A stretch of DNA of 64,000 nucleotides from Negaprion brevirostris (Eukaryota), in NCBI GenBank assembly GCA_030324005.1, contig JARDVH010000149.1:22080116-22144115 (forward strand), read 5' to 3'. Both the position numbers and the translations under genes were made by a program. The notes under the pieces are model-generated. The model saw only the letters and a list, made by a program, of their open reading frames with translations, searched no databases and was not told the origin of the DNA. Position 1 is the stretch's first letter; each line of letters begins with the position of its first letter. Shown piece after piece: positions 39,817-53,117 of this stretch.

Positions 39817-39911
39817 GTGGTTTTTTCATTGACAATCCATAGTACCAGCCTCGGGCCATCGCACCTTTTATTATTCACTTGGGTCCTCAGGATTTCGACT
39901 CTGACTTCTAG
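39817..39911 (+). CDS. STRBP: Candidate distal alternative last exon of STRBP: GGFFIDNP*YQPRAIAPFIIHLGPQDFDSDF*
   Basis: Strong acceptor (cttctctgcttttttccttactgtag|), phase-1 compatible. Internal TAG at 39840-39842, second TAG at 39909-39911. Resembles an alternative STRBP C-terminus as I recall it (unverified). Confidence 0.6.
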
Positions 39912-42900
39912 AACCATCAGATTGTGAGACTTGAAAACTTATTTTTGTTATGTCAGTTCGGCTGTGGGCTAGGGAAAAAATGGCAGACTGTTTCGAGGCC
40001 ATATATCTATCCATCCCTTGCACGAATAGCAATCTTTGGCAGTAGCTTACTTTAAATTTAGAATTTAAATGTTTAAGCCAAGATCATGAGGATTATTTAT
40101 CAGTGATTCCAATCATTAGAAATTTGAACTGTAAAATGAAGTTGATTCTCTTTCCTATTCTTCCATTTTAACATATACCAATCATATGCTGTTTCATTAG
40201 AGTTTGCATTTGAGTCCTGTATTTTGTTTTTGTACTCCAGTAAAAATTGTTGTGAATTTGACTTACTTTGTCAGCTCTACTGCTAGTCATTTACTTAATG
40301 GCTTCAACAATTAGATTTTAAAGTGAAATACCATTAATATGTTGCAAAACCATCAGATTATTAGTTATAAATATTGTGCACTACAAAAGTAACACTAAAT
40401 CAATCCTTTATTTAAAAAGTAATGAATATTCTCCGGTGTGGATATATTTGAATGCTAACGATTCAATGTTTTCTTTGAATTATTGATACAGGGTTTAAAA
40501 TACAATTGTAAAATAATTTTCTAAATTTATGGTGGCTGGGCACTGTTTAAGGTAATTGCTTAATACAAGCAAAATATGAAAGCTGAACAAAGCCACTGGC
40601 TTCATGTACAGTAAGATATTTAAAATTAGATCAAATGTATTTAAAGGAGATGATAAGCACAAATAGAGGAAAACAAATTTTCATTAATTACCAACATTTT
40701 CTATAGCATGGCTGATGAATTAATACTTATTCAAATATAAAATGTATGGGATTAATAATGAAAATATGGCCAATACTTGAAATGTGTGTTCATTAGCATT
40801 TTTGTTATTTATAGAATTGTAATTTTATACTATATTTCTTTAAACTGTTGGAACAATAAATGCCATTGGAGATTGGCATTTATCTTATTTATTATAAGGC
40901 ATCTGAAATCATATGCTATTTATCTAGATTAACATTAAAAACTACCCCAGATTACACTCCCATATCTGCAATTAGTTACTTATCCACTTCACTGCCATTT
41001 TCATTGTAGAAGTGAAATAACTTTTTGTTACTTTTATGTTCAGATTAATTTGATTAAAAAGTACCTGGATCTGTACCTGAAGTGCAGTATGTTATAGGAC
41101 TATGGGTGCAGGAAAGTGGGATCAGAAAGGGCATATAGGTGTCCTTGGGCTGGCATGGACAAGATGGGCCACATGGCCTCCTGTGCTGCAACTTTTCCAT
41201 GGTTCTAATAAATGTGGCAGTTGAGAAGTTATATTTTGGTTTAACTTCATCCATCTCAGTGGTTTATTAAACATTGCTTGTGTCTGCAATGTCTAAGTTA
41301 AATTACAGACTTTCTCTTTCTGCTGCCAATGAAATTGATGGCAAAACCATATCCAGGCAGGTAACATCAGCAATGACATCCCACAGGTGAGTGAAAAATT
41401 ATTACACAGTATTCTTGGGAAAACAGATGTTCTCAACAAGTATCATCACCTGAAAGTAAGACACAATTGTCTTTCTACACTGGAAAATTCATTTAGTGAC
41501 ACTGTTGACACTACTTTAAATATTTTTTAAAAACCTGTGCCATTGTGCTGCTATCATGTTATCCTCCCTCCAGCCCATTGCTTATAAAACTTTATTCTGA
41601 ATGATTGCCTTTGAGTGTTCTCCAGTTGTTTTCAGGTGCCCACTTTCTGAAAATATTTTTTGCCATTTATTGCTTTTTTTTTGTGGATTGATAATTCTTT
41701 TTAAAAATTAATTTTCAATTTGCAGGCTACTTCTCAAAAGTCTTTTTCTACTTGCACAGTGTCACTGTTACTTGTTGCATCTCAATATTTTCTCATAGGG
41801 GTTGCCTTAAGAAATTTCAGCTCAATTCTGCTCCTTTTCCCACCAACTGATGCAAGCTTCTGATTCAAAAAAAATTTATGGTCAGAATGACAACGATATT
41901 ATAATCTTGGAACATCTGATTTTTGTTCTTGATTAATGAAAACATTCTTGACAAATGATTTTGTTTTTGTTCAAAATGGTTCTAATTCTAAAACTTCCCA
42001 GGTATTCTGCTTTGTATTCCTTTGATAGCATTGACATTTGTTGCCCCCTGACAAACATTTCATGATATTCAGAAGTAGAGCCTTCACCAAAAGTTGCAAA
42101 TGCAACTTATTTATTGTAAGTAGATTCTGCAGATGAGCCACAGTTTTGTAGTTATACCAACAATTTCAGTAGAACCTGGGAACACTATACAGAGCAAGCA
42201 GCATTCTGCTCTTTTCACATCAAAACTCTCCTCTAGAAATAGTCAAAAGGTTACTGTATCCCTGAGTTCTGCGGTGGTGTTGACATGAATTGTAACTGCT
42301 AATATTATCAAACTTCACCTAATCTTTAGGTGATCTTTGGTGCAAATATCAGCACTCCAAATTAGACAGCCTGATCTTGGTGCCAGTTTAATTCCAAGTG
42401 ATGATCACAACACATGCAAGGCAGAAGGAGCCACTTAACCCAGTGGTATTCAAACTTTTTTGATTGAAGGACCCTTTTTCAAATGGATTTGTAACCACAA
42501 AGACTGCCATCCAAGTTATAATATCCATCCAATGAAAGTGCTGCATCGAAGGAGTGTTTCAATCGTGCTCTTAACAGATAATCGCTTTGCGTTGCAGTTT
42601 GAGGGTTAAAACCCATGATGAAATATACCAGATAAACCTTGAGATAAAGACAAAATGCAGGTCCACTAACATTCCAGGGTATGCCAACTGAAGAGCTTTT
42701 TATGTGCTGGAGGCTTATGCATGTAGTGTGTCATTAATAGGCAATCAGTTCACAGATCTCATTTTTACTTTATTTAGATATTTAAGAGGCTCAAGATAGA
42801 TTTATTTTTTAATTTGCAAAATACAGATTTCCCTCTCTCCTATGGAAGTAGTCACTTGAACATGTCATTTGCAAAAATACAGACTTACGCAAACCCAGTT

Positions 42901-45900
42901 CAGTTTCTCAGTGTTATTTAATCATTCAAGGGCTTATGTGGTGAAAGATTTAAGTAAGTCAGACTGACAGCTTGTCCACATTATCAATAATCAAGCCAAC
43001 AGGAGATTAACGTAAAAAGAAGATGCTGAAAGTATTTAGCAAGCCTGGCAACATTATAATTATACTTGCTCACAGCATGGGTCCAAATTGAATACACCCA
43101 AGTTTCAAACAGCAGCACTCCCTGCCCATCAACTTTAAATGCAAGACTCATTGCTGAAACCCTGATACCTTGAAGAAGGACAAGTATTCAAGAGTTTCGG
43201 GCTGCAGTGTACATTTGCAACACATGCATGGTTATATTTCTTGCTCTTCCCTTGTTGTCTTGAGAAGATGTAGTGAGCTCTCTTGAAACACTGCAGTCCT
43301 CTTGGCTATTGTGCTTCTGAGATGTTATTGTGTTGGGAAATTTTGAGGATTTTTATCCCGTAGCAGTGAAATGATGATACTGTTGTCCAAGCTAGAATAG
43401 TATACAACTTAAAGAAGAACTTGGAGGTGGCGATGTTCCTATTTTATTGATGAAAATGTTGGGTGCTTAGATTTTCCATTGGATCTGCAGAAATCTTGTT
43501 TCCAAGGGAGTAGATTTTGTGGTAAGCAATGTGAAGCTACATTGAAAGTTGACTGGGAATTAAACTGTCCAAACTTCATTTAGCTCATTGGACTTAATGC
43601 TATAACTGCAGGGTAAAAAGTTCCTTCTTAGTAGACGATCCCACTGACTGCAAAGCATCTAGTTCCTCTGCCCACACCCACAATAGGGGTTTTCAGATAT
43701 ATGGTCTTTTTTTTACTTCTCTCAAAGACCAAGGAAGACCCCCATATCTGGTAATATCTATTAGCCAATGATTGCATATTTTTGAAGGATGGTATAGTAT
43801 TTCCAATATATACTAACTGTTTTAAGAAACTATAAATAAACCTCCAAATTTCTGTGTTGTGGCAAGAGTACAAAATGTAATGGCTCCTATATAATTGATG
43901 GTACTTCCAAGGCTCTCTGTCATCATAAGGGATTTGTTCATTACAACTTGTGAAACACTATAGTTCAAGTATTTTAGCCCAAGGACATAGTGAGAATACT
44001 GGTAAGTTAATGCAGATCATTTTTGAGTTACTGTACTGCTGGATGGGTTTCTGCTCCTGTTCTGGGTGACTACTATGAATCTCTTGTTGCTTCAAGAGCA
44101 TTTATTTGCAGTGAGTCTCTTTCCTCACCAGTGTAGTTGAATAGACCTTTCAGCTCCGCTGACACCAAATAAAACATGAAATCAGCAATTGAAGTGGGGA
44201 GATTTCATCTATGGCAGTGGAGAGGAATACACCTGTACTTGTTGAGAACCATTTTTTCCAGGGTATAATTGTAATAATCTTTCATGGTTCTGAAGTTAAT
44301 ATTGGTGTTGTGTGTTTCATTTATCTCTTTATGTGAAATCAGTCATATACTACAAAGTTTATACTTTTATCAGTATTTTCTGGTCCAACAATAACTTACA
44401 TGTTAATCTTCACTCCAGTAAAGGTAGTTATCATACTTAAATTGCACCATTCTCTCATGTATTATGATGTAGTCTAACAGTTGTACTGCACATTTGAGGA
44501 CCAGAAATTGATTAGAATTGTGGCAATATTATTTTTTCCAGTATACAGGTTAGCATTTCCAAATTGCTCAAGGCAATGCCAGTGCATTGGTTGCACGAAG
44601 TTCCAAATTGTTTTGGATTTTAGATTGTGTGTCCAGAATCCATTGTGAGCTACTCCATGTTGCTTCAGGATGCATTCTGTGTATAAAACCTGTGAGTATA
44701 TAATGGAACCAATGCATAGGCCAGAACTATTCAATGGAATGAAGTGAACTGTCACAAAGTCAAAAATTGCTAAGCTGCTATTGCAGATGTTTTGTGTTTC
44801 AGACCTACTCTGGACTATCTTTCATATTGTATTTCTTTGTCATTCTTCCGCTTTAAAATAGTGGAACTCCTCTTTATCATCACTAGCAGAAGCAGGCTTA
44901 CCAAGTAAATCTTCTGCTGGAGAAAGCAATTTATGTAGCAGTGGAGGTTTCTTGTACGAGGCATTTTATCCTCTATGCCAAAGGAATTGGTTAGCCAATG
45001 TGTATATATTGTCTTTTATTTTTATTTTTGCTGTGGGAAGTTGGGGTGACACACATATGCAACAGGATGGGAATTATTTACAAGTTTCTTCATGAACACA
45101 TGCCCATATTTCCGTATTGGCTGCTTTTCCTTCCAAATTATGCCAGTCATGCAATTTGGAAACCTTTTATTTGCAATGTCCTGCTTATTGCAAAAGGCAA
45201 GCACTGAATAAATGTTTGATCTAGATTTCTTAATATGTTAGTCGTTGAATTGTTTTTCATTTTTCGTGGTTGATCCAACTTTGTATGTAGATGCATACAA
45301 GTTAATATTAAAAGAATTAACCTACACATTTCATGTTTGCAAATGGCTTATTACAATATTGTTTGAATACCATCAGCCATGTCTTGAATGTGCTTTGAAA
45401 CTATGCCCAGTCACCTTAAACTACAGTTTATGCAATAATTTGTTAGAATTGAATACTTCTCAGTTGTAAGCTAAAGCACAATTCTAATTCAGCAATACTT
45501 CTCTCAGGGTAATTAAGGGATTTGAAATGCTGGTATTGACTCTGGTCGTTTAAAATCCCTACCAAGATGTAAATTGAATTTTCAAATGCACACAATCAGG
45601 GCAGTATAATTACCAAACTCTTCCAAAATAATTACCTTGATGTAATCAATTATTTAGCTTTCCATTTGTTTCTGCGTATAATTTACAGAAAGTACTTTTG
45701 AAGCCTCAAGGCTCACCTTTTGAGGTTATAGGTAGGTGTACTCCATCAAATATATAAAAATATGTAAGTATTTTCAGATAGGTAAAAGCTACAGAGGAAA
45801 ATCAGTCTTCATTGACAATGTATATAATTACAAGTTACTAAGACTAGGAAACTACCTTGAAGTAGAAGCTTATTCGTGTGTTACTAAATGTTTAGAGAAG

Positions 45901-47185
45901 TGTGTGTGAAAAGAATAAAGGCAATAACTAGGTTAATCATTATGAGCATAAATGAAATGATATATAGTGTATATTTTTTTGTTGTATGCGATTTTTGTCA
46001 CAAATAACTGTGCAACATAGCCAGTACTTGCATTTTGTACAATAAAATATCACAATATAAATTTGTGTTGAGTATTTTTGGAAGAACTGATTCTACTTAT
46101 GGCCACTTCCCTTCTTGAATACTCTTCCAAATGAACTTTCATGGGTGTTGGAATGTTAGCTGTTACGTGAGTGAATGGATATTTCATCTAAAAGTTAATA
46201 CCATTGCATCATTCTATAAAATATTAACTTTGTTCAGTATTTCCGTAACTTTAGGTTGAGATCCACTAAAGATGCGACACTTTTTTTTTGTTGTCTTATC
46301 TCAGTAAGATTTAATTAAGCATTTCAGTGTTTTAAGTGAATTTCAATCAAAGTGGCTGATTTGAAACTACTATCTCTAACTTGTTGGAGCAATAGTGCAA
46401 GGCATTAAAGAGTCTTAAAACATTTATTTTTATCAACTTTCCATATTTTGGCTGTTCTGCATTGGAGAAGTGTCAAGTGGAGATGAGATGTCTCATTGGG
46501 TAGATGAAATATTAAAGAGGCCAATTTCAGGCTATTTTCCAAAACTCACAGCTAACGCTGAAACATTAAAGTGATGAACCTGGAGCCAGACATTCCAGTC
46601 CTTCAGCCCCAAAAAGCAATGACCAAATGGAGAGATTCTCCTGCCCTTAGAAGTATTGCGCTGTTAAACTCGTTTGTGCTGACCAACAGGAAATATGGGT
46701 GCCATAGCAAATTGTGCCACAGAGTTCTAGAGGTTGTGCATGTGGTTTTCCAACTGTGAGCTGAAACAGTGGGACAATGAAATGAGTGGTTCAATTCATT
46801 TACTCAGATACTTTACCAGTTGCTAGCTCCTTTACTAAAGTAAGAAATAGAATAGACCATTGCACTTCCCTTTTTCCCCTTCATCAGAAAGAGATGCATA
46901 AATAATACTTCAAAAAGCTTTAAAAAAGAACAGGTAAACCCACATGGGAAAAATACTTAGAGATGATGAGTGAAAGTGAACTGCATGCATGCAGCACAGA
47001 CTTCAGTACTAATCATGCTTTTGCACAGGTTTTGTTTGACCAGAACTGCATTTTAATGTTCAGAGAGACAAATATATGTCTCTGAATGTGAATTAAATAA
47101 AAGTTACATATCTACAAAATGTAACCCTTTCATAGGATTGTCATGGTTCTGGACATTTTTAGGGTACAAGAGCACTCAAAGCATA

Positions 47186-47864
47186 TGTTAAAGTTGGACT
47201 AGACCCCGAGACCTTTTTTTTGGCATTAGAATGAGGGTAAGATGTTTCACTCCGTGTGATTTTACTGACACATTAGGTACCTTTTATCAAAACAAACTTC
47301 ATTTAACAATACAGTTTAAATATAATGAATAAATTAGTATAATGTCTACCAAATTAAGTACTCAAACATGACAAGATACAATTTTAACAGTTAATCCTAT
47401 CTCCATTAGTACCAATTCAATCAATATTCTTGTTATAAACTTAAACTCCTCTCCAAAATCAGTTAGTAATTGTTAACAATCCTAGGGCCTTTGAACATCT
47501 CTAGAGAGAGAGATAGGCAGAAAGCTACCTCTTATTTTTTTCAGAACCATGCAAAAAACTGACGTTTTAAATCAAAGTGACTGTGTCTTCCCTGCAAGCT
47601 CAGGTCCACCCATTCACATGACTCTGCCTCATTCAATCAACCTAATCAAAATCCTCCTCTGAAACTAAGGGGGAAAAACAAAAATGCACGAACACAGATT
47701 AAAAACAAATACATCCGCAGCTAAAATCAATCGTTAGCCTGCATTCTCAGCATGTGAGCTGTCTGGCACAGACAAATTGACACCATGTTAACACAGCTGA
47801 ATTTTAAACACACCCCTTACAAGAAACATGATAAAAATATGTTTAAAGGTACAGTATCATCACA
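47186..47864 (-). mobile_element. Possible solo LTR
   Basis: TGT...ACA termini (tgttaaag ... catcaca), ~680 bp. TSD unconvincing. Confidence 0.35.
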
Positions 47865-47962
47865 ACATTGTACTGGATACTATAATTCCTTTAATGGACT
47901 GTTTGTAGAGAATTATCTTATTAGCAGTTGGTAATAAATAGAACTTGAATGTTGCTGAGAAA

Positions 47963-49240
47963 AGATATGTTGCTGAAACTTTTCATCCAGCACTTATCAG
48001 CACAAACTCAAGAATGCCAAATTTCAAAAGATCATAATTTATACCACAAGAGGAAAGGTTCTGGTAAGTTGGCTCTGGCAGAGATTTGCCATATAGAAAG
48101 CAAGAAGGAGCTATAGGCTCCCCATGCTTCTAGTTAATTCTTTAAAAAGCATGACATATTCCTTTTGTTTGCAGAGAATGTCACTCCGAGCGAGCATTAA
48201 GAAGCCATGTTATGAGCTTAAGAAGCCATGTTATGGGCCGAAGTCCACCACTTTTAGACCTGAACAATGCCTAGCCTATTTCAGATCACCTTAGCAAGGA
48301 CAAAGTATCTCAAATATTTGAACAGATTAAACACACTATTTCACATTGCTGCTACACAGTAGCAATGCAGTTGGTTTTTTCCATTAATTAGGATGCTTCT
48401 CAGTCAAAAAAGAGATTCTGCCTAAGCACATAATTGAGCAATGTGATGCCAGGTACATGGACTCTGTCTCAATGATTGGCTGGTGAATCAAATAACGTGT
48501 TCCTTTGGCTGTAGTAATAGGGGAGATGGTGGTGTAGTGGTAATGTTGCTGGATTAGTAATACTTTGGAACATTGGTTCAAGTCAATCTGGAATTGAAAG
48601 CAGGTCTAACCTTGAAGCTACCATGAACCATCTGGTTCACTAATATCATTTTAGGGATGGCAATCTGTGTCCTTTTCCCTGGTCTGGCATACATATGAGT
48701 CCAAAGCCAGAGCAATGTAGTTGACACTTGACTGTTCTCTGAAATAGCCTAGCAAGCTACTCAATTCAAGGGCAATTAGGAACAAATGCTGGCCTTACCA
48801 ATGACACCCCACATCTGATGAAAGAATTTTAAAAAACAGACAACCAGCCCAGGCTTGCAAAGCGTAAAACATCAACTGTTAGATGCGATTGGGCAGCACT
48901 TGCTGAAAATTCCTGAGTGTGATAATAGCTACACTAACAAACCTATTTTAAGATCATCAGTTGGACTTGTAGCTTGGCTTGCTTACATTACACATACATA
49001 CCCAGGGAGCCATCCTCTGCAAACAAAAGGAAAAGGTTCAGGCTTGTGTTCTTTTAAAATTACTTGGAAATATAGAGAGTCAGTAGTTGCCTGGAACTTC
49101 CTACATAGCAATGCCCCAGCCAATCAGATTTGATTTTTCAACCAATCAGCAGTCCTTTTCACCTGTGGTATAAATTGTGATCATTTGGCATTTTTGTGTT
49201 TGTTCTAATGAGTGCATGTCTCCTTTTTCAGCAATATCTT
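47963..49240 (+). mobile_element. Second, older Penelope-like element (GIY-YIG remnant) with an inverted pLTR upstream; SINE inserted inside
   Basis: Remnants 'QCDARY', 'DAIGQHLLKIPECDNSY' and 'LCKQK'. 47963-~48170 is the reverse complement of ~49030-49240. Degenerate CTGATGAG...GAAA core. Confidence 0.7.
48520..48835 (+). mobile_element. Shark tRNA-derived SINE (family B) nested in the Penelope element
   Basis: Head 'ggggagatggtggtgtagtggtaatgttgctggattagtaa', tail 'aagggcaattagg...aaatgctggcc...tgaaagaattttaaaaa'. Confidence 0.8.
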
Positions 49241-51229
49241 AGAACCTGATATTCCAAATGACATTTTAACTTACTGTATTAAATAGCTATGGAATGCATA
49301 GTCAATGTGAAGCCAATTTCTGAGTTTATTTTTAGCTTGAATTTTGAAATCATTTTCTGCAGGGAACTTAAAGTAGTAGTGAAAAATAAATACTTGTAAT
49401 CTGGGTGCACTTTTAATTATCATTCAAAATCTTTTTATAAAGTATGCGTATGGTATATTGTGCATGTGTGTATACACAGCTTGAATGGACATTTTAACTG
49501 ATTTAGACATTTATGTTGTCTAGGTTACTTAGCTTGGCTGTGCTGTTTGTTACTTAAATTTTAAAATTAGTGCAAAGTTTCTCCTAGTATCAATATGAAC
49601 TGCCATCTAATAACTTACTGTATAGTGATTTTGTCTTTGTTCATTGTTACTTTGCATACATACTGACAGGAATGTGTTGCAGCAGCAATCCCTGTCCCTT
49701 GGTTTGACCACATTTTCTTTGACTCTCTTGCATTTGGTTTTGTTGAGAAGTTTATATTCTTGATGCAGAATGCGCTTTAGGCTGGAGATGACCCAGCCTG
49801 CCCATTTAATAATCCCCAATCTTCCCTGTAAGATATTTCCTTGTCATTTATAACAACACTGAATATTTTAAAATGCCAAAAATGTTGTTTTTCAACTCTT
49901 GGGTCCATTCATTCATTTGAAGAGACGAGAGGACAGCACTGGTATGAGTTTTAAAATGATCTTCTTTTATTGAAAAAAAGTTTGTCAAGAATTGACATGA
50001 CAGAAGCAAAAAAGCAGACTCGCAGACTAGCTTCTCAACCAGGCCCTCTACAAAAAAAAAGTACTGAAATAAGCAGAATCTAAGAACTGAACACACCCTC
50101 TAAAATCAAAATATATTTCAAACCTTATCTTGTTATTGGAAGTGTTTTTAGCATATTGTCTCAATCTAGATAATCAATCTTCACTGCTGCTATGGGAAAC
50201 TTGTTTGCCTTCAGGAATGCAACAATTGTTTAGCTTAGCAGAGTTAGTTAACCACTACAGTCTAGCATTTAAATGTAGTTGTGCAAGGGCAGAAATACCT
50301 TAAAATGAAGTCTTTGCATGGACTGAAGAAAACAGGGCTATGCAAACACAGGATCCCTCAAAAGCAATTAAAATTCCTTCCAACCTGTTGTGTCAGTTTC
50401 TTTAATAAACTGATGAGCCTTTTGCTAAAGTACTGCAAGCTTTGATGGTCTTTTGAAGGTGTGGATGTTCCTGGGTATACAATTGCTTTCCATAGCTCAA
50501 TCCTGATTACTATTGTTAATCTTCTAGCCCTCTGAACTCTCCAATATTTTATCAGCTTTGAAATAAAGGACCACTATTAGATATGATATCGCAGGGTTTA
50601 GTGATCTTTGCACTAGTGTTCTAAGGTCTCTCCTCTTACACCACCACTATAACCCTACTGAATCCATAAAATCTCTAAGGAGTCCATTCAGCCCATTAAG
50701 TCTGCATCAACTCAACATTTAACCCAGGACCACCAATGAGTACAATATATACTCGTTGAACTTTTTATGAGTGCTTTCATAAAGCATTAAGTTGAATATG
50801 CTGTGTTTTTCTTCCAACAGACAAAATTCTTCTAATGTGTTCATATTTTTCTCCTGCTAGTTTTCCAGTTTTTGTATCTGCAAATCTTCCACAAGTATAA
50901 GCTGGCTGCGAGGTCTGAGTCACATATAATGTTAAACAGCAGTGAATACAATGTTGATCGCTTTAATACACCACCAATAAACAACTTCTTTTCACTTATT
51001 CGTATTTGTTTTCTTTTAGTTAATCAATTTAGTACATTCCCATTAATCGCGAAGTCCTGAAACTTGTGCAGTATTTCCTATATAACAGGATAGTTCCAAA
51101 AGTCACCTTACTAATAACAAACCAAATTTCACCTTTAGCCACAAGATTCCATGTCCTCCCATTCTGTAAACCAAATTGGCTGTCTCCAATTGATCTATGC
51201 TAAGATAATCCTACTGCAACTGCTGTATC

Positions 51230-51900
51230 CAAGCTGAATAAGATAGCAACCTGAAAACAACAGGCTGAGTTCACCAAGCCTGATTCCTCAGCATATTGCT
51301 CTACAGTGGTGAAATGTGGACAGTGTATACTAGGCAGAAGAAAAGGCTGAAAGTTTTTACCTTTTGTTGTCTCAGATGTATTGGCATTTCTTGACAAGAC
51401 ACGGTTGCTAACTTACAGGTCCTGAGGTGTGCTAATTCCATCAGTATATACTCATTGCTAAGCCAACAACATCTGTGCTGGCTCAGCCATGTTTATCAGA
51501 TGGATGATAGTTGTATATCCGGAGGCTTCTGTTCTTTGAATTGGTCACTGGATCACAACCTATATGTCCATACCTCCACCACAAGGACACCAGCAAACCA
51601 GATATGAAGGTGGCAGATATTGGCACTGATGGCCGTGAGCTCTGGAAGGACATTGGAAATGGCAACCAAAAATGAAAAGTTTAGCTAGCCAAGAAGAGGG
51701 TCTAGACAAAATGGAGGACAGTGAATTGTGCACCTTCTCAGCCTCTGCAGCAAGTGAAGTGGGGACTGCCATTCCACGGTGGAGTTCCTGAGCCACACCT
51801 GATAATGCTTAACACAACTGTTGACCATCGTGGTGCAAACAATTATGAGAGGGAAAGCTGCCATGTCCTGAATCAGCGAATCTTGGAAAACATCTTCAGT
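51230..51900 (+). mobile_element. RTE-clade LINE C-terminal fragment
   Basis: Hand translation gives 'ILLYSGEMWTVYTRQKKRLK...CLR...QDTVANLQVLR...LLSQQHLCWLSH...ELVTGSQP...KDTSKPDMK', typical of the RTE C-terminal region. Confidence 0.75.
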
Positions 51901-52049
51901 ATCCCTACAATTTCTTGAACAAAATCATTTTAAAAGAAACTTGGATAAATCTTGTCAGGTCCTAATGGTTTATTGTCATGCAACCTTCCTAATACTTGCT
52001 CTTTTGCAATTACAAAAATGCCAAGACTGTGATATTTCTGAACTCCCAA

Positions 52050-52740
52050 TCCTGCTTGCATTTATGTAGTGTTTTTATCATGGTAAAATCTCTCAAGGTG
52101 TTTCACAGGCATTTGTCAAACAAAATTTTTAACACCAAGCCACGTGAAATATTAGGGCAACTGACCAGAAGTTTAATTTAAAAGATTAGACTTTAAGGAA
52201 CATCTTAAAGGAAAAGGGAGATGAAGAGATTATAAGAGGGGATTCCATTGTTCAGTACTACAACTTTATATGGCACAAATAAAACCCTCAGAGTGCTTCA
52301 CAAACTCATTATAAAACAAAATGTGACTGAGCTGCATCAGGCGATATTAGGTCAAATTTTCAAAGGGGTAAATTTTAAGGGGTGTCTTGAAGGAGAAAGG
52401 CTAGGTAGAGAGGCTGAGAGATGTCAGGGGAGGGGAGAATGGTTGGTAATACAGAATTTGAGGCTTTATAGGCAACTGAAAGCACAGCACCCATACAGGT
52501 TGAACTTCAATTCTGAAATTATTATAATTTTTAGAGCAATAAAAATTGGGGGTACACAAGAATTCAGAACTAGAGGAGCTGATATCTCTGTGGCTCTGGT
52601 GCTGGAACAGATTGCAGAGATAGGGACAGGGTCATGGAAGGATTTGAAAACAAAAATGAGAATTTTAAAATCAAGTTGTTTCTTGACTAGGAGGCAATGT
52701 AGATCAGCAAGCACAACACTGATGGGGGAACAGAACTTAA
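52050..52740 (-). mobile_element. Two L2-like LINE 3' fragments
   Basis: 'ggcaactgaaagcacagc', 'ggaaggatttgaaaacaaaaatgagaattttaaaatcaag', 'aggcaatgtagatcagcaagcaca' are typical antisense L2 ends. Confidence 0.65.
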
Positions 52741-53117
52741 GAGTAGAATGTGGCAGTGCAATCCAGAACATGTTACTTAGTGAGACAAGGAAAGACTGTT
52801 TCTCTCGTTTGAAAATATATTAATTAAATTGAGGACTTAGTCTATAAATACTAATGGTTTAGCCAGGAACACATTTGTTAATGTAATAAAGGCAAAGTGC
52901 TGGAATCTGAAGCAAAAACAAAATGCTGGAAAATCTCAGTAGACCTGACAGCACCTATGGAGAGAGAATAGAGCCAACGTTTTGTGTCTGGATTCAAAAC
53001 ATTGGCTGTTTTGAATATTGTTAAATGTAATATATATTTTGTAGATTCAGTTTAATGTGTTGAATTAAAAGTGGTGTTTTCCATTTAATGGATATGCCAT
53101 TGTGTGCATGCTATTGG

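Noticed and set aside
41300-41392. Strong donor CAG|GTGAGT at 41387
   Set aside because: No convincing upstream acceptor or coding frame. Isolated donors occur by chance.
42440-42490. hAT-MITE-like start 'cagtggtattcaaactttt'
   Set aside because: No matching second terminus or TSD identified.
52248-52823. 191-aa plus-strand ORF
   Set aside because: Antisense read-through of L2 remnants; no protein-like features.
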